This document shows, in pieces, positions 1-15,379 of a stretch of 64,000 nt of DNA. A program made the translations under genes and the position numbers. The DNA is from the human T2T-CHM13v2.0 reference genome, Homo sapiens: assembly GCF_009914755.1 (NCBI RefSeq), contig NC_060927.1, one strand, 5' to 3'. The notes below the pieces were generated by a model that saw nothing but the letters and a program-made list of their open reading frames with translations, did no database searches and was not told the origin of the DNA. Each line of letters opens with the position of its first letter. The first letter of the stretch is position 1.

Positions 1-1134
1 CAGTTCCTACACCCAAATGCCCAAACTAGCTCTGCCTGTTGTCCTTTCCCCCCTGCCCAGGCCACAGGCCTTTTTCTGAGTACCTTTAGAGTCATTTCTG
101 GAGGTCAGTTTGAATAGGTGGCATTTGAGGAAAATTACCAATGATGCAAGAGCAAAAAAGAAAAATATCAGTGGAAAAGAGGTCAAAAGACAGTCTCTGA
201 AAAGAGAGGCAAAATTACAGTGAACATTTATTGAGCACTTACTATGTGCTAGAGGCTCTGCTAAGTGGTTTTTGTTTTCAACTCTTCATAGAAAACCTCT
301 AAGGTAGGTTTCATTTCATGGATGAGGAAACTGAGGCACAGAAAGATGGAGGGACTGGTGCCAGGTTATCTGACCAGGTGAGTCTGACACCAAAGTCATA
401 CTCTTAACCACCACACTACACTTTGCCAGTCTGCCACTCTCCAGACCAGAGATTGGGCAAGTCACATGGGCTGGAAGTGTTTTCATCTTAAAATGGGGAG
501 AACTCACACGGGTCCATGGGGAGACAGTTGCGGAAATGCTTATCACAGCATCCTTGATGGTGCTGAGGAGCTGGAAGCCACCTGGATGTCTTGTCACAGG
601 GCAGGAGGAGCTGGGTGCACCCTATGAGATACTCAGCCTGAGTTAGAAGCAACAGACTCTGGGTACATTCAACAATGAAGGGAGACCCTAAAAATCCCCT
701 GCTGAGTGAAAAAGTAAGGCACAGAAAGCGGCCTACAGCACTGTATCATTAGGGGAAATGTAAATCCATGCAAACTAACCAATCCATTCTTTACAGGAAC
801 AGAACAAACTCAATGAAATGGTTGTGCTGTGGGAAAGGGAGGGTCCTCGGGGCAGAGGTGGGGATAAAACTGAATGAATACTGAGGCAAAATAGAGAAGA
901 GCCCATGATGGAACCGCAAACAGGAACGGGATTAACTCAGCCCTTCAAAGCTGCTGTCAAAGAAGGGGCGGGAGGAACAAGCCCGGCCCATTTAGCCTCC
1001 TGTAGCACGGATGGTTTTCAAAGTTCTTCCAGGCCCCAGCTCTCCTTTGATCATCCTGGTATCCAGTGCAGGGGCAATGGGTTCCTAGGATCAAAGAGGC
1101 TGCTGTGTGAGCCAGTGCTTTGTAATCTACATCT

Positions 1135-1697
1135 ACGGCTGAACTTGAGCGTGCATCCGAACAACTAGATGGCTTGTTAAAAATACAGATTCCTGGCCTC
1201 CATTCCTCCAGTTTCTGATTCAGTGGGTGTGAAGTGGGGCTCAACATTTGCATTTCTGCAAACTCCTGGTACTGCTGCTGCTGCTGCTCCCAATCCAGAG
1301 ACACTTTGAGAACCTCTGCTCTAAGGCACACTCTTTATGCCGAACAGACTGGCCAGAGCAGTGCTCCTCAAACTTTAAGGTGCATGCGAATCTTCTAGGC
1401 ATCCTGTTAAAATGCAGTCAAATTCAGCAGGTCAGGAGGGCAGCCTCAGATGCTCCATTTCTATCAAAGGCACTCCAAGGTGGCACCAGCACTGTTGGCC
1501 CACAGAGCACATTTTTCAACAGTGAGGAGTTACACCACGACTTCCCAAAAGTATGTGCACACCCAACCCCCCTATATTGCTTGTTAAAAAGACGTAGATG
1601 TTCAGACCCCCTCACTGGCAATGCTCCAGAGTTCTGAGTTGGAGCCCAGTAATCAGAATTTTTTTAAGCTGATGCTAGATAGTCTGGGGAACTACTG
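1135..1697. mobile_element. Three adjacent MER5-family (hAT-Charlie) DNA transposon fossils
   Basis: Repeated MER5 hallmarks (cttgttaaaatacagattcctgg, tgcatttct, cactttgagaacctctg, cagtgctcctcaaact). Boundaries are approximate. Confidence 0.65.
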
Positions 1698-3204
1698 GTA
1701 GAGAAAGCGAGTGGAGAGCTGGTAGAGTTTGGGAAGTTTCCACGTAGGAAGCAATACTAGAGTCAGAAAATAGAAAAGAGAGCAGAGAGGAACAGGCTCC
1801 CTCATGGCCCCGGCAGTTTGTCCCTAAACATAAATGTCAACTCAGCGGTAGCTGGCTGTGTGCTACCTGCTTTTAACTTGCCTTTATGGTTCAGCCTGTG
1901 TTTCCCTGGTTTATGTACCCATAGCTGTGATTAAACAGTTGTGGACCTGTGGTTGAATCCTGGTACCACCTGTTACTGTGTGACCTTGTACAAGTCACTC
2001 AACCTCTCTGAGCCTCAGTTCCTCAACTGTAAAATGGGATAATAATAACACCCTTGCATAAGGTTGTAGAGAAAATTAGACACAACGTGTGATGATTTTC
2101 CTTGTGTATTAAGTCCAAACAGAAGTTGCCCTTATCATATTCTTGAGTAAATGGCCTAGGAGTAAGTTGGAGTGATGGAGAAAAATGGAGCTGTGGATAT
2201 CATATTGCTGTCCTTTTTCTGACTGAAAAGTTATTTTCTGGCCCTGGAGGCTGCTAAATCATCATAAATGTGCAGGTACATTGGAATTATCTGGAAAGTC
2301 TTAAAAACTATTCATACTCATGCTCCACTTCCAAGGATTTCTATTTAGTTGGTCTGGGGTGAGGCCTGGGCACCAAGAGCTTAAAACTCCCCAGGTGGTT
2401 CTATCGTGAAGCCAGGCTGCAAGGCCCCAGGTGGTCAATGGCTCTTCACAGCTGGTGGGGAGAGCTGGGAGGGATATCTTCTGCTTTGTTCCCCACTTCC
2501 TGCCCCAGAGGCCATAATGGGCAAGGGGTCAGAGGGAAGGGCAGGGGCGGGAGAGTCGCCTTGGCTGCAGCTTTGTTGTCAAGTAGAAGATGGTGTTGCA
2601 ATCCACGCGGGGTCCACTCAGTTCCCTGTGAAGACTCTGTCCTGCCAGGCCGTGATTCACCCCAAGATGACTCCCCACACCCCTTGTTGGCTGTGATAGC
2701 CTGGCCTGCAAAAGAGGAAGGAGGCAGCTGACAGGGCATCAGTAAATCCAAGAGAGCAGACATGCCCTTCGGGATGAGGGACAAGAACAGGAACAAGCTG
2801 GGCTTGAGACCTGGGGCTGGAACTTAGCTCAATTCCCCCCACAAGAGAGGGAAGACAACCCAGTATGGGCAGTGTGAGTGGTGCTTATGGGGCCTGGCTG
2901 TCCAAGTCGTGAAGGGATGCCACAAACACCAACCTTCCAGCCCTCGAGTCCACAGTGGCCGCAGCAGAGGCAGTACCTCCTCTGGACCTCCACTCTGGAT
3001 CCATTACCCCGCAGTGGGGTTGCAGCGTAGACAGAGCTGACTATATAGCGCCCTTTTTTGGGTCAAATGCATTCATGGTAACAAGTGTGGTAGGGTCTTA
3101 CCCTGCACTTCAGGACAAACCCAGCTGGCCTTGGGGGTTAGATTAGATGTGGTTAATCTGCACCTTGTCCTGGGGTGGGAGGAATTGATGTTATTTACTC
3201 CAGT

Positions 3205-3920
3205 GCCACTCACAGTGTGGTCCTCAGACCTGCAGCCTCAGAAATGCAGACCCTTCAGACCCCACTTAAACCTACTAGATGAAATCTCTACTTTAACAGG
3301 ATCCCTAGGTGATTTCCATTCATGTTAAAGTTTGAGAGCCATTATGAGGCCAGTGGTTCACAGCCCCCACTCACATTAGAACCAATGAGTCGTCATGTCA
3401 AGGCTCCAAAGCAGACCAAGTAAATGTGATTCACAGGAACTCACTCTCTAAGTGATTCTAATGTGTAACCAGGCTGAGGACCACTGCTTAGGCCACTTTA
3501 GGTGACTAAGAACAGAGATGCTCAAGTCACTTAAGGTGATGGAGTTACTGCAAGTTTACACAGGAAGTAAGTAAGGAACAGGGAACTGTCCAGACAAGGT
3601 TGAAGGAGGTGGACAGGAGGGAGACCCACGATCCACAGTTCCTTTGGGGACTTGGCCTTCCTGACATCCTGCAGCAGTAGGGGCCCTAGAACCTGGCCAA
3701 GTATTCTGTACATCTGTCAGCTCACCTCCTATTGTCTTGTCACTAACAACCACTGCCCTCTACTCTAACTGTGGTCCAGGAACCAACAGCATCAGCATTA
3801 CCTGGGAGCTCACCAGAAATGCAGAATCTCAGGCCCCACCCCAGACCTACTTGACCTAAGTCTACATTTAATGAGGTCCCGGATGGTTCAAGGGCATATG
3901 GACACCGGAGAGGCACTGAG
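3205..3920. mobile_element. Further MER5-family fossils (about 3205-3345, 3350-3490, 3765-3920)
   Basis: agaaatgcaga..caggccccacccagacctact, cagtggttc.., gtttgagagccattatg. Confidence 0.6.
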
Positions 3921-6804
3921 CTACGTCTTGGCTTCTACCACCCCGTCTTTGGGTTACTGTCTGCTCTATGACCTGCTATCAACTGCTCACTTTTTGCATG
4001 TCTAAAGCTCACACTTCTTGAGATGGAGGATCTGGCAGGTTTCTCTGGCCGCTAGCCTGGGGAGGCTGTCCCTGTTAGGTGGAACTATGGCTCCAAGATG
4101 CTTCATAGGCCTCCGGTCAGTGTTCAGACCAGTGACTCCCAGTGTGTGCCTGTCTCTGGTTCAGAGGTAGATGCCAGGATCAGAGCAAGCCAAGGATCCC
4201 CTGAACCCCTCCAGAAGTGAGCTGTGAGAGTTTGGAGAACCTGCACAAAGAGAAGGGGATGGCATGTACCTTGTGACGTCTGTCCACTGATGGAGAATGA
4301 CAGGCTGGCAGAATCAGCCTCCACTGCAGACTCCAGCCCTTTCCTCCCATCTCTCTTGTCTGCAAGCTTCTTCATCCATTCTTCTAAGGCCTCAGCTCCA
4401 GGCTGTGTCCCAGCCCTAGCAGCCTCAGGCCTGGCCTAGAAGTTGGTATGGTGTTCCCAAGATAAGTGCCACCAATTACAGGCAAGCTAGGATTTTCTTG
4501 CAATGGAGGAACTTGGCTCTGTGGGATTACTCCCCTGTTAATCTTGACAACCAACTTACACACTTCCTGAGAACAAGTTCAGTGTCTTTCTTCCTTCAGT
4601 GAACAAATAGCTATTGAACAACTATCAGAAGTAAGAAGGTAAGCAATACCCAGCCCCAACCCCAAGAAGCTTGGGGTGCACTGGGGGATGCAGATAAGCA
4701 AACAGGCTGGTACATCAGTGGGATCAGGGCTGAGATAGAGAAGCCTATCCGAGTGGGGCGCCTCCACTGATTTGATAGGAACTGGGAGTCAGTATCCCCA
4801 AAACAGCTTTAGGAAACCTGGCAGAAACCTTTCTACTCTGGCCAGGCAAGGGGAGGGAGGGAAGAGCGTCAGTACTACAGCCAGGCCATCTGGTGCAATG
4901 CTGTGACTCATTCTCTTCAGAGCCATCATCCAAATGCATTTTTCCAAGTTCACAGGGGATCCTGGAGCTGCAGGAAAAGAGGGTGTGCATCTGTATGTAA
5001 ACACAAGACACCAGACTCCTCTGATCTTGGAGTGTGAAGATATAAAGCTAGCCTGCAGAACAGCTCTCTTAGGCTAAGATTATCCCTTTCAATCCAGGAC
5101 ACACCCCTGGGCTGGAGAAAGGTATCAACATCCCTGTGTTGGCTAATTAGGGATTAAGCCCAGGTTGATTTGAGTCCAAAGCCCTTGGTTGTTCCTGTCC
5201 CGCTGCTCCCACTCAAAGGATGAACAAAGGAGGTCAGGGGTGGGGTTTTGGACACTTGAGTGACACATACAAACCGAGATAGTAAAATATTCACCGGATA
5301 TTTCGTTGAAGCAGAGAAGTTAGCCTCATTATTTAACAATAAAAACATACATTTCTTCCTGGATCCTCTGCATAAGTCCCTAGTCACTTGGGGCCTTGCT
5401 TTATGATGTTCAAGAGCCTTTGCCATGCTCTGCCTCATTGGTTGGCTCAGCAATGCTATGAATGTCTTTCCTTCAGTTCCTGGTACATGCCAGCCCTTTC
5501 CCACCTCTGGGCCTTAGCAGAGGCTGTGACACCTGCCAGGCATGTCATTCATTCCCCACCTGCACTCTCTCTCTGGGCTGTGTCCTACCCACCCTTCAGG
5601 TCTTGGCTTTGATTTCACGTCCCTACATCCAGAACGTCTCACTACAGCTGCTGAATAATGATTTGGTTATGTTTAATAGGACATAAACTCCATGCTATTA
5701 GGGGCTATCTTAGTTTAGGTTTCCCCTAAAGAAGATCCTGAAAGAAGGCTTCATTTTGCCGGTTATCCCAAGAAGCACGGGTAGGGGCTCAGGAAAGCGG
5801 AGCAGAGATGCCTGAGAGAGGCATGTGTTCAAGGCAGCTACCTCTGTGGGCAGCTGGAGCTCAGCCCTTGGAGACAGTGTAGAACATGCATGCATCTCAG
5901 CGCTTCCTACCCTCTGCCCTTAGGGGTGAGGGTGCTGGGTGTTTAATAAACCAACTCTTTTCAATCACTGGCTGAGCACAGCTCACTGGGGTGGGGTAGG
6001 GGTTAATTTTCCAGCTCTTCAGGGATGCTCTGACTGGGGAAATCACACTGGTCAGCCAGAGAAAGCCCTAGGGCCATTAGAAGTTGGGCCGTCCTGTATC
6101 ATAATGAGATGGCCCAAGAGGATATGGGCAGGGGCACCACAGATTGTGGTCAGGCATCATGTCTATTTCATTCATCTTTCAGTCCTAACACATAATAGGC
6201 TGTCAATAAATATCTGTTAAATGACTTGATAGAGAGATGGAAGGTGAAGATTAAAGAGAAAATCAGAATGAAGATAGGCAGTCCTGTCTAGAGCCTCCTC
6301 AATGAATAAATATCCTATTTCCTTACTCTGAGCTTCCTGGCAGCCACACTGAAAAATAAAAAAAGACGATATTCTTATTTGTATTCTTCATGAGGAGGAA
6401 GCACACTGTTGCTCAGATGAAGGAAAGTATTTTGTGGCACTTATATCTGCAAGGACTTTTCTTCCAAAGCATCAAAGTGGAGATAACAAGTGACAGGGGG
6501 ACAACATCCTCAATAAGTTCCCTCGGTAATGGAGAGCAGGTTTCCTAAAAGTGATTCTTGCATTGTTCCCTGATGAAAGCTGAGAGCACGATGACAAGCA
6601 CGACTCCCTGTAAGCACATTTGTAAGGCAGCCAAGACTGAGGGGTCAAGTAAGTTGCCTTTTGAAGACCTTAAGGAATCAGCGTAGACAGTGCAGAATGT
6701 GTGGAGGAACTGATGGATCGCATGTTTTTCAAATAACCTTCCATCATTGTCCCTTTATGACTCTGAATCCAGAACATTCTGCTCGCACTGTAGTCCAAGA
6801 TGGT

Positions 6805-6815
6805 GATAGACAGAC

Positions 6816-6851
<36 letters not shown>

Positions 6852-6858
6852 GATAGAT
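6805..6858 (+). repeat. Compound tetranucleotide STR GATA(GACA)2(GATA)8 GAT GATA
   Basis: Read directly from the sequence. Confidence 0.95.
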
Positions 6859-7014
6859 TATAGCAATATACTATCAGCTATTTGCCGTGTAACTTTAAAC
6901 AGGTCATTTAAGCTCTCTGGGCTCTAGTTTCCTCATCTTAAAAATGGGAAAGTGTGTCCATGATCTAGTGCTGTATAACGCACCTTATCAAAACTTAGTA
7001 GATTTTAAAAAATA

Positions 7015-8020
7015 GATATTTTTAAAACTTTGGTGCTTCAAAAGATGTCATCAAGAAAGTGAAAAGACAATCCAAGAGTAGAAGAAAATGTTTGTAAGTC
7101 CTATATTGCATAAGAGATTTGTATCCAAAATACAAAAAGAACCCTTACAACCCAACAATTAAACAACAAAACACTCCATTTTAAAATGGGCAAAGGATTT
7201 GAATAGACATTTCTTCAAAGAAGACATAAAAATGGTCAATAGCACACGAAAAGATGTTCAAATCATTAGTCAGTAGGAAAATACAAATCAAAACCACAAT
7301 GAGATGACATTTTACCCCCACTAGGATGGCTGAAGTAAAAGACAGTGCAAGTGCTGACAAGGATGTGGAGAAATTGGAACCCTCACACATTGCTGGTGGG
7401 ATTGTAAAATGGTGCAACTGCTTTGGAAAACAGTTTGGCAGTTCCCCAACATGTTAAACATGGAGCTATCATATGGCCAGTAATACCAGTCCTAGGTATA
7501 TACTCAAGAAAATTAAAAACATGTTCACATGAAAACTTATACATGAATATTCATAGTGGCATTAGTCATAATATAAGTCAAAATAGGAGCAATCCAAATG
7601 TCCATCAGCTGATGAATGGACAAACAAAATGTGGTATATTCAAACAATGAAATATTAGGCAGTAAAAAGAAATGAAGTACTGATATAGACTACAACATGA
7701 TTAAGCTTGAAAACATTATGATAAGTGAAAGAAATCAGTCACAAAAGGCCACGTTATGTCATTTCATTCATATGAAGTGTCCAAAGTAGGCAAGTCTGTA
7801 AAGACAGAAAGTAGGTTAGTGGTTGCCACGGGCTGTGGTAGTTGTGGGAGCAGTGGGAAGTGACTGCCAATGGGTAGTAGGTTTTTGGGGGTGGGGTGTT
7901 GAAAACGTTCTCAAATTAGACAGTGGTGATGGCTGCACACCTTTATACTTGAATCCATGGAATTGTACACTTTATAAAGGTGGACATTATGGTATGTGAA
8001 TTATATCTCAATAAAAATAT
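7015..8020 (+). mobile_element. L1M (L1MB-like) 3' end inserted into an MLT1 LTR
   Basis: L1 ORF2-end/3' UTR hallmarks (aaatgggcaaaggatttgaatagacatttc, caaatgtccatcagctgatgaatgga, gaattatatctcaataaa). MLT1-like sequence flanks both sides (about 6955-7005 and 8345-8790). Confidence 0.8.
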
Positions 8021-8042
8021 TATTAAAACATTAGTGATTTCA

Positions 8043-8363
<321 letters not shown>

Positions 8364-11300
8364 TTATGGTTCTATAATTTGGACCGGACTCAGCCAGGCA
8401 GTTCTTCTGCTGATCTCCCCTGGGTTCACCCCTGTGGCTGCCATCAGAGGGCGGCTGACTGCACTGAATATTAAGATGGCCTCACTCTCAGACCTGGCAG
8501 CTGATGCTGGTCCTCAGCTGGGGCACTTTAGTTTTTCTTCAAGCAGACTGTAATCCTCTATTAGGCTACGTTGGTTTCATTACATGGCATCTCATGACAG
8601 CAAGTGGAAGGCCTTGAGGCTTAATCTTGGGAGTTCTCGAATGTCACTTCTAGTACATTCTATTGGTCTAAGGAAGGCACAAGGCCAGCCAGACTTAGGG
8701 GCTGAAGAAATAGATTCCATTTCTTGATGCAAGGAGTGGCTGACTCACATTATAAAGAAACACGATGAACAGATATGTTGTGACCATCTTTGCACACATG
8801 AAAATTCCTATTTCAAAGGGCATTTGGGAGGAATAAATGTAATAATTCTTGTAATAATTCATGCTGCTAAAGCACAGCACCTGGTACATAGGACTCCTCA
8901 TGAAGTGGTGGCTATGATAAATATTAATAAGACACCTGCATCACAGGTGCTACCCTATTCCTCCATTCTCCCTCAGTGAAAACAAATCATAGACTCAAAG
9001 GTGGAAGGATCTTTAGATATTACACAGTGAATCCCTCAGTGTCAGATGTGGGAACAAGGGCCAGAGGAGAGAAGGGAGAGACTTGTCCAAGGCCCCTTAT
9101 CTCCATTCCCTCAAGGGGGATTCAGAGGTCTGAGCCTGATGGAAGGTCGTCGTCCAGGGCATGTGGCACATCTAGCACATCTAGCCTCACGCTCTTCCCC
9201 CCAGACCATTATCCTGGCTCCGGCTGTATATACTTGTAAGGGGGCGTCTCAGAGGAAAAGAATCACAGAAGGCAAAGTGTTGCCTGTGGGTGAAGGAAGA
9301 GGAATCTTCCCCAGTGGTGGAAGTGAGAAGTTACAGGAACTCAGTTGGCACAAAATGGCAGCCATAGGTCGTGTCCCATCACAGACATGTTTGTTTGGCC
9401 ATGCAGTTTTATTTAAAAATGTTGGATTAGTGGTCAACATTTAAAAATTAAGATATTTCCCAGAAACAGTTCAGGTTTCTGGCTTTTTCTGAAAATCAGG
9501 AAGATGTGGCAAAACTGGACTAAATTTCCTCCCAGTGACATCAGCTGTTCCTTTTAGGTGGGCCATGTGGTCTCGGGCTCACTGAAGCACCCACAGGGCA
9601 AGAGTCACATCTCCCTGGCTGGTGTTTGAGCTTATGCTCCCTTCAAACCTGAACAAAGGGGTTGGAGCACTAGGAGGGGATGGTGTAGATGCAGTTCAGG
9701 ACCTTTCAAAGATCTTTGTTGGCTGGACCTTAGCCAGCTTCCTAGGTTTCCAGTGGCTTCTCTGAATTGCTGCTCAAACCCTCCTCCTAGTTCTGGTCTA
9801 CCCACCCCTCATTCCTTAGTGCCTGAAGCTCTGTAAGGTTGGGTGGGAGCGGGGGAGGAAGAGTGGATAGATTGCAAAGCAGATGACAGGTCCTTAGCAC
9901 CATTTCCCTCTCTGTCCTCACTTCCACCTCCCTCCTTGTGTCCTCTCTCTCCAAGGTCCTCATGATGACATGAGGAGCCCAGGGTTCCCAAACATGGGCG
10001 AGTAGGGCCATACCATCTGGACCATTTCTTATTGTCTCCTCAGCATCTCCCAAAACTTACACACTCACATCAGCTAAGGAGTTGGATGCTTTCTATTACA
10101 AGCTTTATCCTTCTGAAGGGAAGTCATCCTGCATTTTAACAACAACAACAAAAAAAGGAAGCCACCAAAGCCACTGGATGAGCAAGAAGATTGGAGAGCT
10201 TTGCTCCCGGTGGCAGCCTGAATCACAGGAAACATTTTGCTGTTAGGCCAGGGTTCTAGGGAGATTAGGTCCAACAGGGGATCTAGCTGAACTCCAATCA
10301 CCCACCTGGCCTCCTTTGCCTGTAATCCATGAGGTGAACAGCACCACCATGTTGCATAACTCCAAGAGACACCAGTGCATGGTGATCTCTGAGCATGGCA
10401 CCCACTGGTGTTGGGCAATGCACCAGCCCTAGTGGTTGAGATGAGGAGTAAATGAGATAATGCATGAGAATATCCTACAAATATCAGTGATTGTTATTCC
10501 CAGAATACCAGCCCAGTTCCTCTGCTATGTTGAAGGACATCCTCAGAGACATGTTCAGACAATACCAGAAGCCAGTCAGCACATTTTTACCTGAAAAATA
10601 GTAACAGCTTCCAGTTATTGAAAGCCTGCTGTGGACAAAGCACACAACATTTTACATAGCCCTTTAAAGTAACCCTACTTGTTATCCTCATTTTATAGAT
10701 GAAGAAATTGAAGCTAGAAAGATATCCAGGCACATGAGAGGTTTGCAAGAATCAACAATAGCTAGCTAGCATTTTGGGGCTCTTACTATGCATAAGTACT
10801 TCAAATGTATTAGCTCATTTGGTCCTTCCAACAACCTCATTTTACTGATGAGCAACATGAGTTTAAGTAAATTGTATGTTCAAGATGGATTAATGGAGTC
10901 AAAAAGATTGTGAGAAATGAGAATTAGTGACTGAAGTATAACTGAGTCTGTTGGTCTGGAGACTGTTGAAAGCAAGGATAGTTCTCAGAGAGCTTATGGT
11001 ACTTGCCCAGGTCACATAAGGACAGACTGGGATTTGAACCCAATGCCAAAACTTCGCCTTTTATCCACTTGATAAAACATCAGCTGAACTAACACATTTT
11101 TGAGCAAGTTTATCAAGGTGAATGGAATTGCAGTTTGGCCGCTTTCAGGGACTCTATTTGCTTGCCACACCCTCCTACTTGGTTCTGTGCTGCCACCTGG
11201 AACAATGAGAGAGGATTCATCCCATTTGCCCATACCTGCATGACTGTGCTGCCCATAGGCTGATGAAGCCCATCCTGGGATGATGACCATGGACTGCCAT

Positions 11301-11415
11301 AAGCCTGTACATGTAGTTGGTATCCCTCCCTTCCACTGTTGTCTGGGAGCTAAACAGTCTGCACCATCCTCAGGCTCCCCCTCCAGCCCACTAGAAACAA
11401 AACAATCCCTGGCTA

Positions 11416-11750
<335 letters not shown>

Positions 11751-14700
11751 CTAACAGGCCCTGAGACACAAGACTTTGTCAAATTTGGGTTATAATATTT
11801 AGTTCCACACTCCAAGCCATGTTGTGGGTGCTGGGCCTTCTCACAAACCTCAGGCTGGGTCCGCTCAGCTGCTGCTGGTCCTCCACTGAAACACCAGATT
11901 ATTTCCACGGTGATTTTCAGCTCTGGTCTCCAGGCAGTTCTGCAGTTGCAGAACAAACCACAGCTGTCGGTTTACGTCTTGAAGGCTGCGTGAACTTCTT
12001 TCCCTGAGAGAGGAGAAGGATTCTTTCTGAGCTGATGCCAGGAGACCTGCCTCCACAGCTTGGCGGGGCATCCCCCATAGCCTTGTAATGGCTTTCAAGA
12101 ACCCATTTGGCCTTTCACATCTCTTAGCAGCCTGTTTAGTTTATCCCACTCACACTCCCTGCCCATCCATTGGTTCACCATCTTCTCTCTCACTATGAGG
12201 AGAGAAGTTACATCTGTTCATAAAACCCCAAAATTCCTGGAGCAAGGGGAGTCTATGAAATTCTCTTTGAAATGCTTGCTGTCCTTATTTTTCTGCCTCC
12301 TTCTTCCTCCTGCTGCGGGAAGGAGCCCCCAAAGAATCAAGAACACACACTTTCAAGGCTGGAAGAGCCTGAGAGGTACCTCTTGTAGTAATGGGACATC
12401 TGTTAATAATGGCAGCAAACGCATGGTGCTCACTCTGTGCCACCCACTGTTCTTGGTGCTTTATAAAGATCATTTCATCTCCACAACAGCAAATCCCAAA
12501 AAGTGGGCCCTACGGCTACCTTTCTGAGGAAACCAAGGCACCCAGAAGCTAAGCAACTTTCCCAGGGTCATCTCCGCAGCTAGGAAGTGGTGGAGCCTCA
12601 GTGTCCACAACCTGAGTTACCAGGTGAGACTGCCACCCGGCAGAGAATGTTCTGTGAAATCAAAGAAAGGAACTTGAGTGCCCTGGTCACCATTTAACTA
12701 GCAGAGATGGAAGCTCTCACATCTCCTTACTTTGAGTAATATGCAAGGAGTGTGATCTTAAAGAGCTAGAGTTTAAATACAAATTTCTTTCACTGAAGGA
12801 GGCCCTGCTCCATGCCAGGCACTGTGCCAAGCCCTTTATCAAACTTATTTCTCCCAAAAGCTCTGAAGTGGACACTGTTGGGAAACCCAAACTTGAAAGT
12901 AGTTCAGTGGATGTCTCATGCTATACTGTAGAATAGTTGTTTAAAGATAGCTATAATTTGCAAAGATGATCATAAATATAACATTCATACTAATTACATT
13001 GTGTCTTTTTGGAAAATGGCTATAAAACAGTCACTGTCTATTGGGTGCCTATTATTATTCTTTGATTCTCTCAATGGGCCTAAAGGGTAATTATGGTTAC
13101 CCTTACCTTCCAAATGAGGAAACTGATACCTATAAATATTGAGTGAATTACCCAAGGAAACTTAGGAAGCAACGGAGTGAACATTCAAATCTAAATATGT
13201 GTGATTCTGAAGTCTAAGTTCTTTTGACCATCTTACTACAAGGATACATACACCACACGCACACACACGTGCACATGTGTGTGCATAACACACACTTGTG
13301 TTGTTTCCAATTCTCATAGTCTATGAATTGAGACAGAGAAAGGAGCCAGGCATGGCTGGCAGGCATAGCCGTGCTCTCTTCTTGGAGCAGACAGGACTGA
13401 CTTTGGTAAACTATTAAACTGTCCCCACAGGAATTCCAAACCCAGGGCTCTCTGTCCCAAACTCCTTTCCTATCTCAGTTGGCAAATAGCCAGCCTCCCG
13501 GCAACAAGCCCAATTAATAGTTTAGGGTTTTTTTTTTCATACCCACTAAATTCACTGAGGCAAAATTTCTTTTCACAGCCACCAGTCCCTGTCTAGGACC
13601 CCTGGGTTTACCCAAATGCATGGCCACAAAAGAAGTGGAGAGGATATGAGGAAATTTTGCACCTGTTTGTGAGCAGTCTAGAGCAAGTCTGAGGGCAGAG
13701 CAGAAATTCTCAGCCCCACCAGGGGAGAAGGGGAGAGAATGAAGGGGGTGAAAGACCTCAGCAAAGACTATGCATGTGCTGGGGACGCAGTCATCTCCCT
13801 AAAACCTTACAGGGAAGCTGGTTCCATTTTGGACATGTTATTTGAGCAGCCCTGAACTCAGACTATAAAAGTTCATATAAAGTTCATTATTTTATTTGTT
13901 TTAAGAATGGTTCTCAGAATGCTGCCATGCATTTAGGGACTTCTTGCTAAAGTCCATAGGAATTTATCTTTCAAATAAGTGTTAGATGGGTGTTAAATTT
14001 TCTCTTTAAAACTAATATGATATTTGAGTTAACAGTATTGAACCATGTCGGATTCCTGGTTTTGCTCATTGTGGATGATTACGTGAGATATTTTCATGAT
14101 GGGGAGCTAGGTAAAGGGAACATAGGAACTCTCAGTTTCTTGTCAGTCTTAAACGATTTCAAAATAAAAAGTGGTAAAGTGGGAATTGAAAGAAAAAATT
14201 ACTAGAAAGAGTGTTGCTTTCCCCAAAAACCTTGCATGTAACTTCTCTAATGGTGATAATTCTGTTGCAGAATAAACATTTTACTTTGGCTACCAGGGAT
14301 CTCAGAGTCAAATTTAAATTCATTCTAGAAATACCTAGGCCCTTATAACCTATATATTTATGTTCTTTCTCCAAATGCTGACTTTCTAAATTTACTTATA
14401 TTCCTCAGCTCCTGACTTTTCTTCCTTATTTTTATTTTACCATCATTTTAAGTATTTGTATTGTGTGTATTTTTTTGTGAGTGGCTTCAAATCATTTATG
14501 GAAATAAATAGCTTGTAAATTTATAAACCAACAAAATAATTAGCTCCTTTATGAGATGTTTATGTGTTTTTAAAAATTATTTAGGAATTCTGCTTACCAT
14601 TACCTAGACTCAATTCTCCCTCTCTACACAGGATTTTGCCCTGAGAGTCACACACAGGTTTCCTGTGCATTGAGAGTTTTCTGCCTTTCTTAGGACTGGT

Positions 14701-15379
14701 ACCAAGCTAGGGAGCAGCAAGAGTTGGCACATCTTAGAAGGTGTTTCCCTCAGACAGGGCCAGCCTCAGCCTGGTTGTCACTCTGCCCGCAGTTCCACCT
14801 CACAGATTCCTTTAGGTGTCCGAAGTTTGGGGTCCTTGAGATGGCTCCTATTCAAATGTCCCTCTGAGGAGGAACATAGTTTGAGCAGCAGCTGCAACTC
14901 AGAAAGAGGCTCTTCAGAAACACACGTTAAGAAAGTGCCTTTTGTAAGTAAGTGTGAGCTATATACTGCTCCATGTATCAGGTTGTTATAATTCACTCCA
15001 CCCTGGACCCACTGATTCTCAACAGACCCAAAGCAAGGCAAACACCAAGCACCCTGTTCACAGACAGCCCCTCAGCAGAGGGAAATGCAAACACCCCTGC
15101 TATCCAGCCATAAGCCAGCAAAGTGGAAAGGGTGTGAGAGTTTTGAAGGTAGAACATTCAGCGCTGCCACTTGCCAGCAATGTGAGCTTTGATGTCTTCC
15201 CTTCCCTCGAAGCCTCCGTTTCCTTATCTGTAAAATGGGAGTAAGATAGCCCAACCCACGGATTAATTATCAGATGAATGTGCAGTGATATATTAAAGGC
15301 CTTGCACGGTGTCTGGCATGTTGTTGGCACTCACAGACACTCCATCCTTGTTTTTTCTTCCATAAAAATAATAAGAGCT

